From: Escherichia phage KIT06
Sequence record: OQ349392.1
Direction: 5' to 3' (one strand)
DNA length: 64,000 bases
Under the pieces are notes generated by a model. The model was not told where the DNA came from. It ran no database searches and saw only the letters and a program-made list of their open reading frames with translations. Position numbers and translations under genes: made by a program. Below, piece by piece: positions 47,550 through 56,062 of this stretch. Position 1 is the first letter of the stretch. Every line of letters starts with the position of its first letter.

Positions 47550-47804
47550 ATGATGCTAGTTAATAGAGAATATCAGTTTAAATCAGAAGAAGATTTGGAA
47601 AAATTCGCAAGTGGTTGTGAACTGAATAGACGCACAGCTAAAGTCATAGGATTAAAACCCTTTACAGTTCTAGATTGTGAAGTTTCTAAATTCCGCAGAG
47701 GGTGTTCTATTAGCGGTCATGCTCTGGTTGATGGGAACACATTTTTCTTTGTTTTTAGCGTCAGAGAACTTTTATTGATTAACGAACTTGAGGAAATAAA
47801 ATAG
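47550..47804 (+). CDS. hypothetical protein
   Basis: 84-aa ORF. Confidence 0.45.
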   Translation: MMLVNREYQFKSEEDLEKFASGCELNRRTAKVIGLKPFTVLDCEVSKFRRGCSISGHALVDGNTFFFVFSVRELLLINELEEIK

Positions 47805-47862
47805 TTTACTTTTGTTAGAAATTGAGATACTATTATAAACATAAACTACTGAGGAGATTATC

Positions 47863-48156
47863 ATGAAAAAATTTGTTTTTGCTGCAATTTTTGCTTTGGC
47901 TTCTTGTGCTGCTCAGCCTGCTATGGCGGGTTATGATAAAGATTTGTGCGAATGGTCTATGACTGCAGATCAGACTGAGGTTGAAACTCAGATTGAAGCA
48001 GATATTATGAATATCGTTGAGCGTGATCGCCCTGAAATGAAAGCTGAAGTACAAAAACAGCTTAAGTCTGGTGGTGTAATGCAGTATAATTACGTTCTGT
48101 ATTGTGATAAAAACTTCAATAATAAAAATATCATCGCTGAAGTAGTAGGTGAATAA
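47863..48156 (+). CDS. sp: spackle periplasmic protein (superinfection exclusion)
   Basis: 97 aa; signal peptide MKKFVFAAIFALASCAAQPAMA; near-identical to T4 Sp as recalled. Confidence 0.85.
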   Translation: MKKFVFAAIFALASCAAQPAMAGYDKDLCEWSMTADQTEVETQIEADIMNIVERDRPEMKAEVQKQLKSGGVMQYNYVLYCDKNFNNKNIIAEVVGE

Positions 48157-48782
48157 TGCTCTATCAAATGCACAAGTGTAAAGACACGTACAATTATAAA
48201 GGTGCCCAGTGTTATATCATCAATCGTGAAAACGTGGGTCCAGGTCATTCGCATCAATCACGGTTTGTATTCGTTAAAAATAATGAAATTATAGCAGTTG
48301 CTAATTACATGCTTGTGACTAATGATGTTAATCCGGTGCCTTTTACGTATTATAATCTAATGGATTTGGCGTACGATTATAATTGGTTTAATCATGATAA
48401 TTTGGCTCATATTGAAGGCGTAGGATTTGACATCTCTTATTCTAGTTACTCGTTGTGTCCTATGAGCCGAGCTCATAAAGAGCCTGAATATTTTTCATTT
48501 CGTCGGCGTGTAGACTTTGAACGCAGCACAGAGTATATCGGTGGAATTTTTGTTAAAGATAATCGAATTACTCGCATTATTTATCCTTTGGGCTGTGGTC
48601 AAAAAGATATTGATGTTGATTTAGACTTTACTGAAAACATCATTAATCATATTGCTTCTGTGTATTTTGATATTGATCATAAAATTGTAATATGTGGATA
48701 TGAATTACCATCAGAAAAACAGTCTAAAGTGAATGTTTCTATTGATGACCAAATTTTTAATGCTTTTATGAATAGAGGTTAA
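48156..48782 (+). CDS. hypothetical protein
   Basis: 208-aa ORF, ATGA overlap with sp. Confidence 0.5.
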   Translation: MLYQMHKCKDTYNYKGAQCYIINRENVGPGHSHQSRFVFVKNNEIIAVANYMLVTNDVNPVPFTYYNLMDLAYDYNWFNHDNLAHIEGVGFDISYSSYSLCPMSRAHKEPEYFSFRRRVDFERSTEYIGGIFVKDNRITRIIYPLGCGQKDIDVDLDFTENIINHIASVYFDIDHKIVICGYELPSEKQSKVNVSIDDQIFNAFMNRG

Positions 48783-48783
48783 T

Positions 48784-48948
48784 ATGAAAACGTTTAAAGA
48801 ATTTATCAAAGAAGATATGGTCGCTGGAGATTCAGGTGGTAATCCTGAAAATATCTCTACTGGAACAACGTCAGGCGCTGTAGTAAATAAAGGTCCTGAA
48901 CAGATTCCTAAAAAGAAAAAAGAGGAATCTAAAGAAAAAGAAGAGTAA
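48784..48948 (+). CDS. small CTS-bearing protein (candidate capsid internal peptide)
   Basis: 54 aa; N-terminus MKTFKEFIKE resembles capsid targeting sequence of ipII/ipIII in this window; Lys/Glu-rich tail; tightly packed between neighbours. Confidence 0.45.
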   Translation: MKTFKEFIKEDMVAGDSGGNPENISTGTTSGAVVNKGPEQIPKKKKEESKEKEE

Positions 48949-48950
48949 AA

Positions 48951-49979
48951 ATGTCATCAATACCTTGGATTGATAATGAGTTTGCATACCGTGCGCTAGC
49001 TCATTTACCTAAATTCACACAAGTAAATAATAGTTCAACTTTTAAATTACGGTTTAGATGCCCTGTTTGTGGAGATTCAAAAACCGACCAAAATAAAGCC
49101 CGTGGATGGTATTATGGTGATAATAATGAAGGAAATATTCATTGTTATAACTGTAACTATCATGCACCAATCGGAATATATTTAAAGGAGTTTGAACCTG
49201 ATTTATATCGTGAGTATATCTTTGAAATAAGAAAAGAAAAAGGTAAAAGTCGTCCAGTAGAAAAACCTAAAGAACTTCCTAAACAACCTGAGAAGAAAAT
49301 AATTAAATCTCTTCCGTCATGTATTAGATTAGATAAACTGGCGGAAGACCATCCAATTATAAAATACGTAAAAGCTCGCTGTATTCCAAAGGATAAATGG
49401 AAATATCTTTGGTTTACAACCGAATGGCCTAAATTAGTTAATAGTATAGCACCAGGAACATACAAAAAGGAAATACCTGAGCCCCGTCTTGTTATTCCAA
49501 TTTATAATGCTAATGGAAAAGCTGAGTCTTTTCAAGGACGTGCATTAAAGAAAGATGCTCCCCAAAAATATATCACAATCAAAGCTTATCCTGAGGCAAC
49601 AAAAATCTATGGAGTCGAACGAGTCAAAGATGGTGATGTATATGTTCTAGAAGGACCTATAGATTCACTTTTTATTGAAAACGGTATAGCTATTACGGGT
49701 GGTCAATTAGACCTAGAAATTGTTCCATTTAAAGATAGACGTGTATGGGTTTTAGATAATGAACCTCGTCACCCTGACACTATTAAACGAATGACTAAAT
49801 TAGTTGATGCAGGAGAAAGGGTTATGTTTTGGGACAAATCTCCCTGGAAATCAAAAGATGTTAATGATATGATTAGAAAGGAAGGTGCAACCCCTGAACA
49901 AATTATGGAATATATGAAAAATAATATTGCACAGGGGTTGATGGCTAAAATGCGGCTATCTAAATATGCTAAGATTTAA
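48951..49979 (+). CDS. 61: DNA primase gp61
   Basis: 342 aa as in T4; zinc-binding CPVCGDS...CYNC and TOPRIM-like region. Confidence 0.95.
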   Translation: MSSIPWIDNEFAYRALAHLPKFTQVNNSSTFKLRFRCPVCGDSKTDQNKARGWYYGDNNEGNIHCYNCNYHAPIGIYLKEFEPDLYREYIFEIRKEKGKSRPVEKPKELPKQPEKKIIKSLPSCIRLDKLAEDHPIIKYVKARCIPKDKWKYLWFTTEWPKLVNSIAPGTYKKEIPEPRLVIPIYNANGKAESFQGRALKKDAPQKYITIKAYPEATKIYGVERVKDGDVYVLEGPIDSLFIENGIAITGGQLDLEIVPFKDRRVWVLDNEPRHPDTIKRMTKLVDAGERVMFWDKSPWKSKDVNDMIRKEGATPEQIMEYMKNNIAQGLMAKMRLSKYAKI

Positions 49980-50176
49980 ATTAACCCAACTAAAGCAAAT
50001 GCTAAATCTACGAATGTATCAAGAGTAATTACTGGAATACTAACGCCATGAGCAATAGCAACTGGCGATAAAACAAAATTCCAAAGTAAAATTCCTATCA
50101 TAGCAGAAATAGTAAAAGCTATACGTTTTTTATTACCTTTGATGGCATTAACAAGTGCCATTAATTTTTGTACCAT
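49976..50176 (-). CDS. hypothetical small membrane protein (convergent with gene 61)
   Basis: 66 aa, two hydrophobic segments; minus-strand SD AAGGAGG 5 nt upstream of ATG; fills otherwise ORF-free 270-nt gap between 61 and 56. Confidence 0.45.
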   Translation of the reverse strand: MVQKLMALVNAIKGNKKRIAFTISAMIGILLWNFVLSPVAIAHGVSIPVITLDTFVDLAFALVGLI

Positions 50177-50187
50177 ATGTCCTCCTT

Positions 50188-50213
50188 ATTGCTTTATATA
50201 TTTATTGTATAAT
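50188..50213 (+). promoter_or_regulatory. possible MotA-dependent middle promoter upstream of gene 56
   Basis: MotA-box-like ATTGCTTTA 50188-50196, TATAAT at 50208-50213. Confidence 0.35.
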
Positions 50214-50249
50214 TAATCTACTAACCCATGAATTGAAAGGAAAAATAAC

Positions 50250-50768
50250 ATGCCACATTTTAACGAATGTAGTCATCTGATCGAAGGCGCTGATAAAGCT
50301 CAAAATGAATACTGGGATATTCTCGGTGATGAAAAAGACCCGCTGCAGGTTATGCTTGATATGCAGAAATCTTTGCAGGTTCGTTTAGCTAAAGATAAAC
50401 CTGAATATAACCGTCATCCTGATGATTTGGCTACTGCTGGTGAAGTTGTTGATTGGCTGCGTAATCAGAAAGATTATATTGATGATGAATTCCGCGAACT
50501 TCTGACTTCTCTTGGCGGTATGAGCAATGGCGAAAAAGATGCATCTGCTGTATGGAAACCTTGGAAGTCACAGCACGGTGAACGCCGTGAAACTCTAATT
50601 ACTGATTTGTCTCCACAAGACCAGTTAGAAATTAAATTCGAAATGATTGATATTCTTCATTTCGTTCTGAATATGTTCCAAGGTCTCGGTCTTACGGCTG
50701 AAGAAATCTTTAAACTTTATTATCTGAAAAATGCTGAAAACTTCGCTCGTCAAGATCGAGGTTATTAA
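50250..50768 (+). CDS. 56: dCTP pyrophosphatase gp56
   Basis: 172 aa, MazG-like; MPHFNECSHLIEGADKAQNEYWDILGDEKDP... matches T4 gp56 as recalled. Confidence 0.92.
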   Translation: MPHFNECSHLIEGADKAQNEYWDILGDEKDPLQVMLDMQKSLQVRLAKDKPEYNRHPDDLATAGEVVDWLRNQKDYIDDEFRELLTSLGGMSNGEKDASAVWKPWKSQHGERRETLITDLSPQDQLEIKFEMIDILHFVLNMFQGLGLTAEEIFKLYYLKNAENFARQDRGY

Positions 50769-50977
50769 TGGCTCGTTTAAATAAACGCCAGCTTAAGAAA
50801 GCCCGCAAGAAACGTATTGACCAGCTATTTAAAAATTATGACAAAGAGCTCGTATGTGAGCTCTTATCTAATCAGCTTCGTGTGGTTGATTGGGTTGATT
50901 GGGTTGTAGAAGAAGGTCCTGATGAAATTTTTGTCAGCGAAGAAGCCTTAAAATTAATTATAGAACATTCAAAATGA
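50768..50977 (+). CDS. hypothetical protein
   Basis: 69-aa basic ORF, overlap with gene 56 stop. Confidence 0.45.
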   Translation: MARLNKRQLKKARKKRIDQLFKNYDKELVCELLSNQLRVVDWVDWVVEEGPDEIFVSEEALKLIIEHSK

Positions 50978-51183
50978 AATTTGATTTTTATGCATGGCAA
51001 AAAGCCGGGAGACCGGCTAGTCGAGCATTTGGTTCTGATGGATATAATATTAGAGCCCATTGGAAATTTAATGCTCCAGAAGATTATTCTCCGGTAATTA
51101 TTAACGGCGATGTTGTTATATTAACTAAAATCGGGTATTTTAACGTTCCGCGAGAATTTATTATAAATAATCATGTAATTTAA
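50974..51183 (+). CDS. hypothetical protein
   Basis: 69-aa ORF, ATGA overlap. Confidence 0.45.
   Translation: MKFDFYAWQKAGRPASRAFGSDGYNIRAHWKFNAPEDYSPVIINGDVVILTKIGYFNVPREFIINNHVI
51162..51169 (+). promoter_or_regulatory. T4 late promoter motif upstream of soc
   Basis: TATAAATA about 30 nt upstream of soc ATG; soc is a late gene. Confidence 0.55.
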
Positions 51184-51199
51184 ATAAAAGGAGAATTAC

Positions 51200-51457
51200 A
51201 TGGCTAGTACTCGCGGTTATGTTAATATCAAAACATTTGACCAAGCAGTTGATGGTGGTACAATTCAGGGTAAAGAAATTTCTGTAGCTTTCCCTCTTTA
51301 TTCTGATGTTCACAAAATTTCTGGTGCTCATTATCAGACATTCCCTTCTGAAAAAGCAGCATATTCTACAGTATATGAAGAAAATCAGCGTACTGAATGG
51401 ATCACTGCTAATGAAGGTCTTTGGACTGTTACACCTACACCAGGTGTAGGTGGTTAA
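51200..51457 (+). CDS. soc: small outer capsid protein Soc
   Basis: 85 aa; MASTRGYVNIKTF...GKEISVAFPLYSDVHKISGAHYQTFPSEKAAYSTVYEENQRTEWI near-identical to T4 Soc. Confidence 0.92.
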   Translation: MASTRGYVNIKTFDQAVDGGTIQGKEISVAFPLYSDVHKISGAHYQTFPSEKAAYSTVYEENQRTEWITANEGLWTVTPTPGVGG

Positions 51458-51464
51458 ATAATTT

Positions 51465-51490
51465 AAGGAATCCTTCGGGGTTCCTTTTTC
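51465..51490 (+). terminator. rho-independent terminator (UUCG tetraloop)
   Basis: AAGGAATCC TTCG GGGTTCCTT followed by TTTTC. Confidence 0.8.
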
Positions 51491-51499
51491 GTTTTTGCA

Positions 51500-51529
51500 G
51501 TTTACATATCAAAATGAGTGTGGTATAAT
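51500..51529 (+). promoter_or_regulatory. T4 early promoter
   Basis: GTTTAC 51500-51505, TGGTATAAT with TATAAT 51524-51529. Confidence 0.65.
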
Positions 51530-51555
51530 AGAATTATCTTATAGAGGAGAACACT

Positions 51556-51768
51556 ATGTTAAATCGTTGGATTAAACCAAATGAAGACCTCCAGAAGGTT
51601 CTTGATAAAGCTATCGCTGATAAATGGGGTATGAAAAGCTGGGATTGTGATGTCGTCACGCATTCATTCATGATGCATGCAGATGGTTCAGTCGAGTTCA
51701 ATGCTGAAATGCGATACACTGACTGGGGTGGATTTCAAAGAGTCGAATTTCAAAGAGGCTTTTTGTAA
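51556..51768 (+). CDS. hypothetical protein
   Basis: 70-aa ORF with SD GAGGAGAA. Confidence 0.5.
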   Translation: MLNRWIKPNEDLQKVLDKAIADKWGMKSWDCDVVTHSFMMHADGSVEFNAEMRYTDWGGFQRVEFQRGFL

Positions 51769-52109
51769 TGTTTATCTTTAATTGGTTTAAAAGTTTCTTT
51801 ACGGATTTTTTCTCTACAACTCCCGGAGAAGGTGTAGTTCCTATTTCAAACGACTACCTTCCTTTAACTGTAGTTGAATATGTTTATATGGGAGATGGAA
51901 CAGTAGAAGCAGTTACTATGACTTATGAAGAAGCCCAAGAATATTATAAAAATCCTTGGCGCTGGTCAACACCTACTACATCATCTAATACACAGAATAC
52001 GCAGTCTAGTTCTGATTCATATGATACTAATGTTCCTGTTCATGTATGGACGGGCGATTCATGTGGAAGTTCTTGTGATTCTAGTTGTTCATCTACATCT
52101 TGTGATTGA
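51768..52109 (+). CDS. hypothetical protein with Ser/Cys-rich C-terminal tail
   Basis: 113 aa; tail [16 protein letters not shown]...[18 protein letters not shown]. Confidence 0.5.
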   Translation: MFIFNWFKSFFTDFFSTTPGEGVVPISNDYLPLTVVEYVYMGDGTVEAVTMTYEEAQEYYKNPWRWSTPTTSSNTQNTQSSSDSYDTNVPVHVWTGDSCGSSCDSSCSSTSCD

Positions 52110-52117
52110 GGAAAATT

Positions 52118-52603
52118 ATGGAAGCGATTTTGTTTGAAATGTATATTAGCAGTAATAGTATGTCGTTTGCTAAAGACGTTCCAATTACTGTAGCAGTAAT
52201 GATTGATAAAAGATATGATAATAGCATGTATCTAGTAGAAGATTTTATTTCAATGCCAGTTCCAGAAGATGCTGAAATAAAACTTAAAAAGATTGGTATT
52301 ATTGAAACTGTACGAAATTCTCCATTTATGTCAATTCAAGCATTTACTAAATCTAACTATATTGATGTTGCTGAAGCATATTATAACAATAAACCGTTGC
52401 CATTATATTCATATGATTCAATATATGACTGGAAAGTAGATAAGGGAAATAAATTTATAATTACGGAAGAAAATGCGCTATCATATTTTATTACCTCTTT
52501 ATGGAATAATTTAAATCCAAATTTGCTAAAAATTCATAAATTCGATGATGCTCCTACTGTTGTTTTAGGTAAAATAAATGAAAGTTCTGAAGAAAATGTT
52601 TGA
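52118..52603 (+). CDS. hypothetical protein
   Basis: 161 aa from ATG 52118 with SD GAGGAAAA (track start 52106 is TTG). Confidence 0.5.
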   Translation: MEAILFEMYISSNSMSFAKDVPITVAVMIDKRYDNSMYLVEDFISMPVPEDAEIKLKKIGIIETVRNSPFMSIQAFTKSNYIDVAEAYYNNKPLPLYSYDSIYDWKVDKGNKFIITEENALSYFITSLWNNLNPNLLKIHKFDDAPTVVLGKINESSEENV

Positions 52604-52781
52604 ATGGTTCAATAGACCAAACTCAATGTACATTGATGATGGTTGGGTTGAACAAGCAAATAAAGAAATACAGAATGAATCAGAAGAATGGATGAAATCA
52701 ATGATTAGTGCTGAGAAAGAAAAGAAATTAGAACGCTCAGCGCTTAAATTGATGAGAGACATCTATGGGGATAAATCATGA
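52578..52781 (+). CDS. hypothetical protein (start uncertain)
   Basis: 67-aa ORF; alternative ATG 52596 overlaps upstream stop. Confidence 0.4.
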   Translation: MKVLKKMFEWFNRPNSMYIDDGWVEQANKEIQNESEEWMKSMISAEKEKKLERSALKLMRDIYGDKS

Positions 52782-52938
52782 ACAGAGATATGACGCTAGA
52801 AGAGGCCAAGGCTAAAGCAAATGAAGCATTGGATTTGCTTCTTAAAATCGGTAGTAAAATGATGAAAGAAAATGAGAAATATATCCAGGAAAACAAAATT
52901 CCTGACGGCCCGTTAGTAGGCAAGAGGAAATCACATGA
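52777..52938 (+). CDS. hypothetical small protein
   Basis: 53-aa ORF with ATGA overlaps at both ends. Confidence 0.35.
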
Positions 52939-53405
52939 TTGAAGTAGCAAAACATTATTCAATAGAATTTATGTCTAAAGAAGGTAAATCGGTAAATACA
53001 CTTGATAAAGAGTGCTCATTAATTATTCCTTTAGCAGAAAATCCGGATATTTTAATTAAAGATATAAAAGAAAGAAAATATCCAGAAAATGTTATTCTAA
53101 TTATAAAGCATACTGAAGATATTTTGCAGAATACTGATTCACCGTTTTCTTCTTCCGAAGCTTTAACTATTAAAGGCTATAAAAGAGCCCATGAATATGG
53201 TCTTTTTGACCTGTTTGAAGACGATAAAGTTAAATTAGCGAGTCAACCTTCTAAAAGTAAAACATTCATTATTGAAGATATTAAAGATATAAATGCATTT
53301 GTTAAGATGGTCTGGGCTCATTTTGATGTTGGACTACGCTGGAGAATGTCCGAAGAAGAAAGAAAAATTATTGAAGCTAATCGTTATTTTGGTTTTTATC
53401 GCTAG
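52935..53405 (+). CDS. hypothetical protein
   Basis: 156-aa ORF. Confidence 0.5.
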   Translation: MIEVAKHYSIEFMSKEGKSVNTLDKECSLIIPLAENPDILIKDIKERKYPENVILIIKHTEDILQNTDSPFSSSEALTIKGYKRAHEYGLFDLFEDDKVKLASQPSKSKTFIIEDIKDINAFVKMVWAHFDVGLRWRMSEEERKIIEANRYFGFYR

Positions 53406-53413
53406 GAATTAAT

Positions 53414-53596
53414 ATGGATTTATTTGAGATGTTAGAAGATAATCATTCTACGAATATCCAGAATGATTCTAGTGATTATAAGAAAGAGTACCGTATAGTA
53501 TTACAGAATTATGGAATTGAAGCCCCAGATGCTCTTCTAGAAGAACTAGCTTCATACCATCTTGACCCTCCGCCCTGGGCTCCCTGGGCAAAATAA
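53414..53596 (+). CDS. hypothetical protein
   Basis: 60-aa acidic ORF. Confidence 0.4.
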   Translation: MDLFEMLEDNHSTNIQNDSSDYKKEYRIVLQNYGIEAPDALLEELASYHLDPPPWAPWAK

Positions 53597-53607
53597 TTCA
53601 AAAAGTT

Positions 53608-53637
53608 GTTTACTTTCCTTCCTAACAATGATATGAT
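53608..53637 (+). promoter_or_regulatory. T4 early-type promoter
   Basis: GTTTAC 53608-53613, -10-like ATATGAT about 17 nt downstream; upstream of modB. Confidence 0.5.
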
Positions 53638-53663
53638 AGCTTCTGAAGTATATGGAGGCTATC

Positions 53664-54287
53664 ATGATTATTAATCTTGCAGATGTTGAACAGTTATCTA
53701 TAAAAGCTGAAAGCGTTGATTTTCAATATGATATGTATAAAAAGGTCTGTGAAAAATTTACTGACTTTGAACAATCAGTTCTTTGGCAATGTATGGAAGC
53801 CAAAAAGAATGAATCTCTTCATCGGCAGTTGAATAAAATCATTAAAAAGCATTTAACTAAATCACCTTATCAGCTATATCGTGGTATATCAAAATCGACA
53901 AAAGAACTCATTAAAGATTTACAAGTTGGAGAAGTGTTTTCAACGAATAGAGTAGATTCATTTACTACTAGTTTGCACACAGCATGTGGTTTTTCTTATG
54001 TTGAGTATTTCACTGAAATAATATTTCGCTTAAAAACTGATAAAGCTTTTAATTATTCTGACCATATCAGCGATATTATACTTTCTTCTCCTAATACTGA
54101 GTTTAAGTATACATATGAAGATACTGATGGATTAGATTCAGAACGTACTGATAACTTAATGATGATTGTGCGTGAACAAGAATGGATGATTCCAATTGGA
54201 AAGTATAAAATAACTTCTATTTCAAAAGAAAAATTACACGATTCGTTTGGAACATTTAAAGTGTATGATATTGAGGTAGTTGAATGA
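53664..54287 (+). CDS. modB: ADP-ribosyltransferase ModB
   Basis: 207 aa from ATG 53664 with SD GGAGG; R-S-E motifs (LYRG, STS-like FTTS, EQEWMIP); paralog of downstream gene. Confidence 0.75.
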   Translation: MIINLADVEQLSIKAESVDFQYDMYKKVCEKFTDFEQSVLWQCMEAKKNESLHRQLNKIIKKHLTKSPYQLYRGISKSTKELIKDLQVGEVFSTNRVDSFTTSLHTACGFSYVEYFTEIIFRLKTDKAFNYSDHISDIILSSPNTEFKYTYEDTDGLDSERTDNLMMIVREQEWMIPIGKYKITSISKEKLHDSFGTFKVYDIEVVE

Positions 54288-54886
54288 AATATTCAGCAAT
54301 GCAATTAAAAGATTTTAAAATCAAATCAATGGATGCATCGGTGCGTGCTTCTATTCGTGAAGAATTACTTTCTGAAGGATTTAATTTATCCGAAATTGAA
54401 CTTTTAATTCATTGTATTACTAATAAGCCAGACGATCATTCTTGGTTAAATGAAATAATCAAATCTCGTTTGGTTCCAAACGATAAACCTCTTTGGAGAG
54501 GTGTTCCAGTTGAGACTAAGCAGGCGTTAAATCAAGGAATTGATATTATTACATTTGATAAAGTAGTATCAGCTTCATATGATAAAAATATAGCTTTACA
54601 TTTTGCTTCTGGATTAGAATACAATACACAAGTTATTTTTGAATTCAAAGCTCCTATGGTATTTAATTTCCAGGAGTATGCTATAAAAGCTTTACGTTGT
54701 AAAGAATATAGTCCGAGTTTTAAATTTCCAGATAGCCATCGCTATCGTAATATGGAATTAGTTTCAGATGAACAAGAAGTAATGATACCAGCTGGAAGTG
54801 TATTTAGAATTGCGGATAGATATGAATATAAAAAGTATTCAACATACACTATCTATACTCTTGATTTTGAAGGATTTAATCTATAA
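54284..54886 (+). CDS. modA: ADP-ribosyltransferase ModA
   Basis: 200 aa as in T4 ModA; R-S-E motifs (LWRG, SAS, EQEVMIP). Confidence 0.75.
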   Translation: MKYSAMQLKDFKIKSMDASVRASIREELLSEGFNLSEIELLIHCITNKPDDHSWLNEIIKSRLVPNDKPLWRGVPVETKQALNQGIDIITFDKVVSASYDKNIALHFASGLEYNTQVIFEFKAPMVFNFQEYAIKALRCKEYSPSFKFPDSHRYRNMELVSDEQEVMIPAGSVFRIADRYEYKKYSTYTIYTLDFEGFNL

Positions 54887-54942
54887 TGGAAGGACTTAGA
54901 TTCATTATACCATGAAAGTTTTAAAGCATTTTTCATAAAGTT

Positions 54943-54972
54943 GTTTACAAGCTGAAGTAAAAATGTTATAGT
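54943..54972 (+). promoter_or_regulatory. T4 early promoter
   Basis: GTTTAC 54943-54948, TGTTATAGT with -10 at 54967-54972. Confidence 0.6.
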
Positions 54973-55002
54973 ATAAGTAGTTAACCCGTCCGTGAGAAAA
55001 AT

Positions 55003-55749
55003 ATGAAACTGTCTAAAAATCAAATTCGTAAAATTACACGTCGTTTAGAGCATACTCAGGCATCTGCCAAAAGACGTTCTAAAGATTTTAACTTAGACTT
55101 CAATTACATTAAGAACATTTTAGATCAGAAAGTTTGCGCTTACTCGGGAGAACCTTTTGATAATCGTATTGAAGGAGAGAAATTATCGTTAGAACGTTTT
55201 GATAATAACGTTGGATACATTAAAGGGAATGTTATTGCAGTAAAGAAAAAGTATAATACATTTCGTTCTGATTATACTTTAGAAGAGTTGATTGAAAAGC
55301 GTGATTTATTTGCTTTGCGAATTGGTCGTTCATCTGCGAAAAAAGTTCATAAACTAAATTTAGATGAAAAGAAATGGGCTAAAATCAAAAAGACTTATAA
55401 TCAAATTAAAGCTATACAGAAAAAACGTGAAAACCGAATTGAGCACATTTCTCAGCTTTCTAAATCAAAACAAACTTCTGACGTTAAGCTAACGATTATA
55501 GCACTCAAAGCTCGTATTGATGGTTCTCGTATAGCAGAAGGCGCTGAAGTTGTTAAATTGAACGTTCTTCTTAAAGGCTCGGATTGGAAAACTGTGAAAA
55601 AGTTGTCAGAAGCAGAAATGCAATATGATATGTGTGATAAAATTATTCAAGGTGTAGAGCGGTATCAAAACTTGTCTTTTATTGATAAACTTAAACTGAA
55701 AAGAGGATACCCGCTAAATTGTTCAATTTTTAAACTTATCCGAGGATAA
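55003..55749 (+). CDS. hypothetical protein (srd position)
   Basis: 248-aa basic ORF between modA and dda.1; identity as Srd suggested only by position and size. Confidence 0.45.
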   Translation: MKLSKNQIRKITRRLEHTQASAKRRSKDFNLDFNYIKNILDQKVCAYSGEPFDNRIEGEKLSLERFDNNVGYIKGNVIAVKKKYNTFRSDYTLEELIEKRDLFALRIGRSSAKKVHKLNLDEKKWAKIKKTYNQIKAIQKKRENRIEHISQLSKSKQTSDVKLTIIALKARIDGSRIAEGAEVVKLNVLLKGSDWKTVKKLSEAEMQYDMCDKIIQGVERYQNLSFIDKLKLKRGYPLNCSIFKLIRG

Positions 55750-55750
55750 T

Positions 55751-56062
55751 ATGTTTTATGTATATGCGATAGTGTATAGAGATAAAGATGGATTTGCGGT
55801 GCCTGTTCCTCTTGATGAACATCGTCCTGCTGTATTTTTTGAAAGGGAGATTGCTGATAAAGTATTTACTACTCTTAAAGAGCAGTATCGACTAGCTTTA
55901 GGTATGGGAATTCCGAGATTAGTTGAGACTCCACGCAAGTTTTGGTTTAATAAAATAGAAGTTAAACATGTTAAGCCTGATGTAGACACACAAAGATTAT
56001 ATCGGCGAATTTTAGATACTGGGCGTATTGTTAGTATACCAATTGCAGGGAATTTACGATGA
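55751..56062 (+). CDS. hypothetical protein (dda.1 position)
   Basis: 103-aa ORF immediately upstream of dda, SD GAGGATAA. Confidence 0.5.
   Translation: MFYVYAIVYRDKDGFAVPVPLDEHRPAVFFEREIADKVFTTLKEQYRLALGMGIPRLVETPRKFWFNKIEVKHVKPDVDTQRLYRRILDTGRIVSIPIAGNLR

Noticed and set aside
3414-52137. Plus-strand ORFs in alternative frames inside longer genes (for example 3414..3629, 30950..31171, 33000..33263, 39368..39559, 40580..40765, 43469..43672, 51925..52137)
   Set aside because: Fully nested in recognised or longer coding regions in another frame, with no SD; judged to be chance ORFs
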